Made by a program: the position numbers and the translations under genes. Of a DNA stretch of 48,999 bases, positions 47,476 to 48,999 are shown piece after piece. The DNA lies in assembly GCA_028717565.1 (NCBI GenBank), contig JAQUNP010000001.1, forward strand, positions 178,997-227,995, written 5' to 3'. Below the pieces are notes generated by a model. It was given only the letters and a program-made list of their open reading frames with translations, did not search any database and was not told where the DNA came from. This DNA is from Patescibacteria group bacterium. Lineage in GTDB: Bacteria > Patescibacteriota > Kazan-3B-28. Position 1 is the stretch's first letter, and every line of letters starts with the position of its first letter.

Positions 47476-48048
47476 TTACCAGAGTCGCCACCAAGGACGC
47501 TTTTCAACTGGTTTTTCAGGTGGAAATAGGAGTAAAGTTAAATGCTCCAGATCGCGTTTCAATGACCCCTTGAGGTCGTCTCTCATTTCGCGTCTCAGAG
47601 CATGGACTTCTGACCCTAAGCTGTTGAGGGCTAGAAGTAGCTTTTCTTTGTAACTTTCATCCAGAGCGCTAACCTGTTGAGACCTGACGGGGGCGGATTG
47701 GTTCAGATTGATATCACCTTGATTCCCCAACATGTGTTTTACGCCAGCTTGGGTAAAAAGACCCGATTCCATCAAACCTTTGACTCTCTCTAGAACTTTG
47801 ACATCCTTATCTGTAAAAACCCGATGATTGTACTGGTTGCGATAGTTAGACAAAAACTCGGCGAATCGCCTTTCCCAGTTTCTAAGTGTGCTTTCATTAA
47901 TTTCCAAAAAGTCCGCCACTTCAGAAAGTGTGTGAGTTGTATTTGAATTGGACTCCCCTCTTCGATCCTGAGCGCTCTTTGAACCAAAGGCCCCATTTTG
48001 ATTTTTGGTTTGGAAGTTATCCACAATTTTTTGAGCTTCTTGTTCCAT
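47476..48048 (-). CDS. MerR-type HTH protein with coiled coil and aromatic/basic C-terminal tail
   Basis: TLSEVADFLEINESTLRNWERRF...R...NHRVFT.KD; heptad segment; ends KRPWWRLW. Confidence 0.88.
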   Translation of the reverse strand: MEQEAQKIVDNFQTKNQNGAFGSKSAQDRRGESNSNTTHTLSEVADFLEINESTLRNWERRFAEFLSNYRNQYNHRVFTDKDVKVLERVKGLMESGLFTQAGVKHMLGNQGDINLNQSAPVRSQQVSALDESYKEKLLLALNSLGSEVHALRREMRDDLKGSLKRDLEHLTLLLFPPEKPVEKRPWWRLW

Positions 48049-48670
48049 TTTTTATAAAATTTTTTTCATGCGGGGGTTGCAACAGTGTTGCAACCTTCAT
48101 TTCGTTTGTCAGAGCGTAAAAAGACGTTTAGGTTGCAACACTCTGCTAAGTGGATAAACGAAAAAAGATAAATATGGCTAAAATTGTTGCGAGGGTTAGC
48201 ATGGTGTTGTAGGTACTTACAAGACCATTATAACCTTAACTGCAAGAGTGTTGCAACCCTCAATATTTTTGCCTACATTTTTTGATTATACAAAAATGGG
48301 GATATCTATATATATAATATAGTAGCGAGTTTTCAAATGTTGCAGACCTGCAACAATGTTGCAACCCAAATGTTGGTAGGTTGTAACGGTCTTGCAGGTT
48401 AGGTTGCAAGAGTGTTGCAGGTACCTACATTTGATTTGTAGGTCGGTTTTGTGGCGTAATATTTTTTTAAATTTCTACACCTATGAAGATGACTGTGGAT
48501 AACTCCCCTCTTGTCGTGGGTTGCAAGAGTGTTGCAACCTTGTTTGCTAGTATGAAAGGTACTTTTTACGAAGGGTTGTAAGGGTGTTGCAACCTATATT
48601 TAGACGATTGTCTAAATATCTATGCCATAAAAAGTTTATTTGTCAATGTGGAAAAGGGGAGTTATCCACA
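48017..48670. promoter_or_regulatory. Cluster of DnaA boxes with AT-rich stretch (candidate replication origin)
   Basis: TTATCCACA at 48017 (+), 48494 (-) and 48662 (+); one-mismatch boxes at 48149 and 48647; AT-rich 48260-48320. Confidence 0.6.
48075..48594. repeat. Dispersed array of 21-bp motifs, consensus GGTTGCAA(C/G)AGTGTTGCAACC
   Basis: Copies at 48075, 48131 (reverse, 14 bp), 48238, 48346, 48379, 48402, 48519, 48574; degenerate copy at 48194. Confidence 0.9.
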
Positions 48671-48678
48671 TAAAAAGA

Positions 48679-48699
48679 CACCCCGTGCGAGCACGGGGT
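48679..48699 (-). terminator. Hairpin CACCCCGTG/CACGGGGTG with T-tract on the minus strand
   Basis: Stem-loop followed by TCTTTTT on the minus strand. Confidence 0.65.
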
Positions 48700-48999
48700 G
48701 GGTCCTTTGGGACCAATAAGTGACCTCATCTCTGTGAGCAATCGCTGTGGACGTTTGGCTTCACTAGAGAAGAGAAGGACAAGGGAGAAGAAAAGGGGAG
48801 CCGTTGAATCTAGAAAATAGGAGGTGGGATTTCCGGCTCCCCCTCCTGGGCCGTAACCCCAGGGTTAATGACGCTAGACTTTGGACATACAAGGTGAGAG
48901 GGCTGGCCCAAGGCAATGCCTGCTACCGGCCAGCCCCATCCTGCTGTGCATCCCAAGAGCGACCTTTCTGGCGTTCCAATACCTGTTGTCGCTCTAAGG

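Noticed and set aside
48075-48594. CRISPR array interpretation of the 21-bp motifs
   Set aside because: Spacing is irregular (2 to ~100 bp), copies are degenerate and occur in both orientations; this fits protein-binding sites.

Overview
This window looks like chromosomal DNA from a reduced-genome bacterium. The gene content, the many large secreted Ig-like, cohesin and dockerin proteins, and standard TGA stops suggest Patescibacteria/CPR (inference). Housekeeping genes are obg, rpmE-prfA-prmC, lgt-rmuC-(membrane protein)-K+ channel-dksA-like-lspA-rluA-gmk, smpB, tmRNA, rnhA, rpmB, mnmA and six tRNAs. Between them lie cell-surface loci: a cohesin/dockerin operon, a 1686-aa LPVTG-tailed protein, two S-layer-like proteins with three TPR proteins, and two ECF sigma/anti-sigma pairs. 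The most notable unexplained structures are: (1) at least eight copies of a 21-bp motif, mixed with DnaA boxes, directly upstream of a MerR-type HTH protein with a predicted membrane-binding tail at the right end; (2) four self-contained zinc-motif ORFan cassettes; (3) repeated duplications of RNA-gene 3' ends, including three 57-bp tRNA-Pro-derived units with a replaced T-arm and a lone purD bracketed by a tmRNA-end direct repeat; (4) an identical 24-bp element end that supplies the start codon of two unrelated genes; (5) two candidate structured ncRNAs. All family assignments come from motif recognition by eye; no database searches were run.
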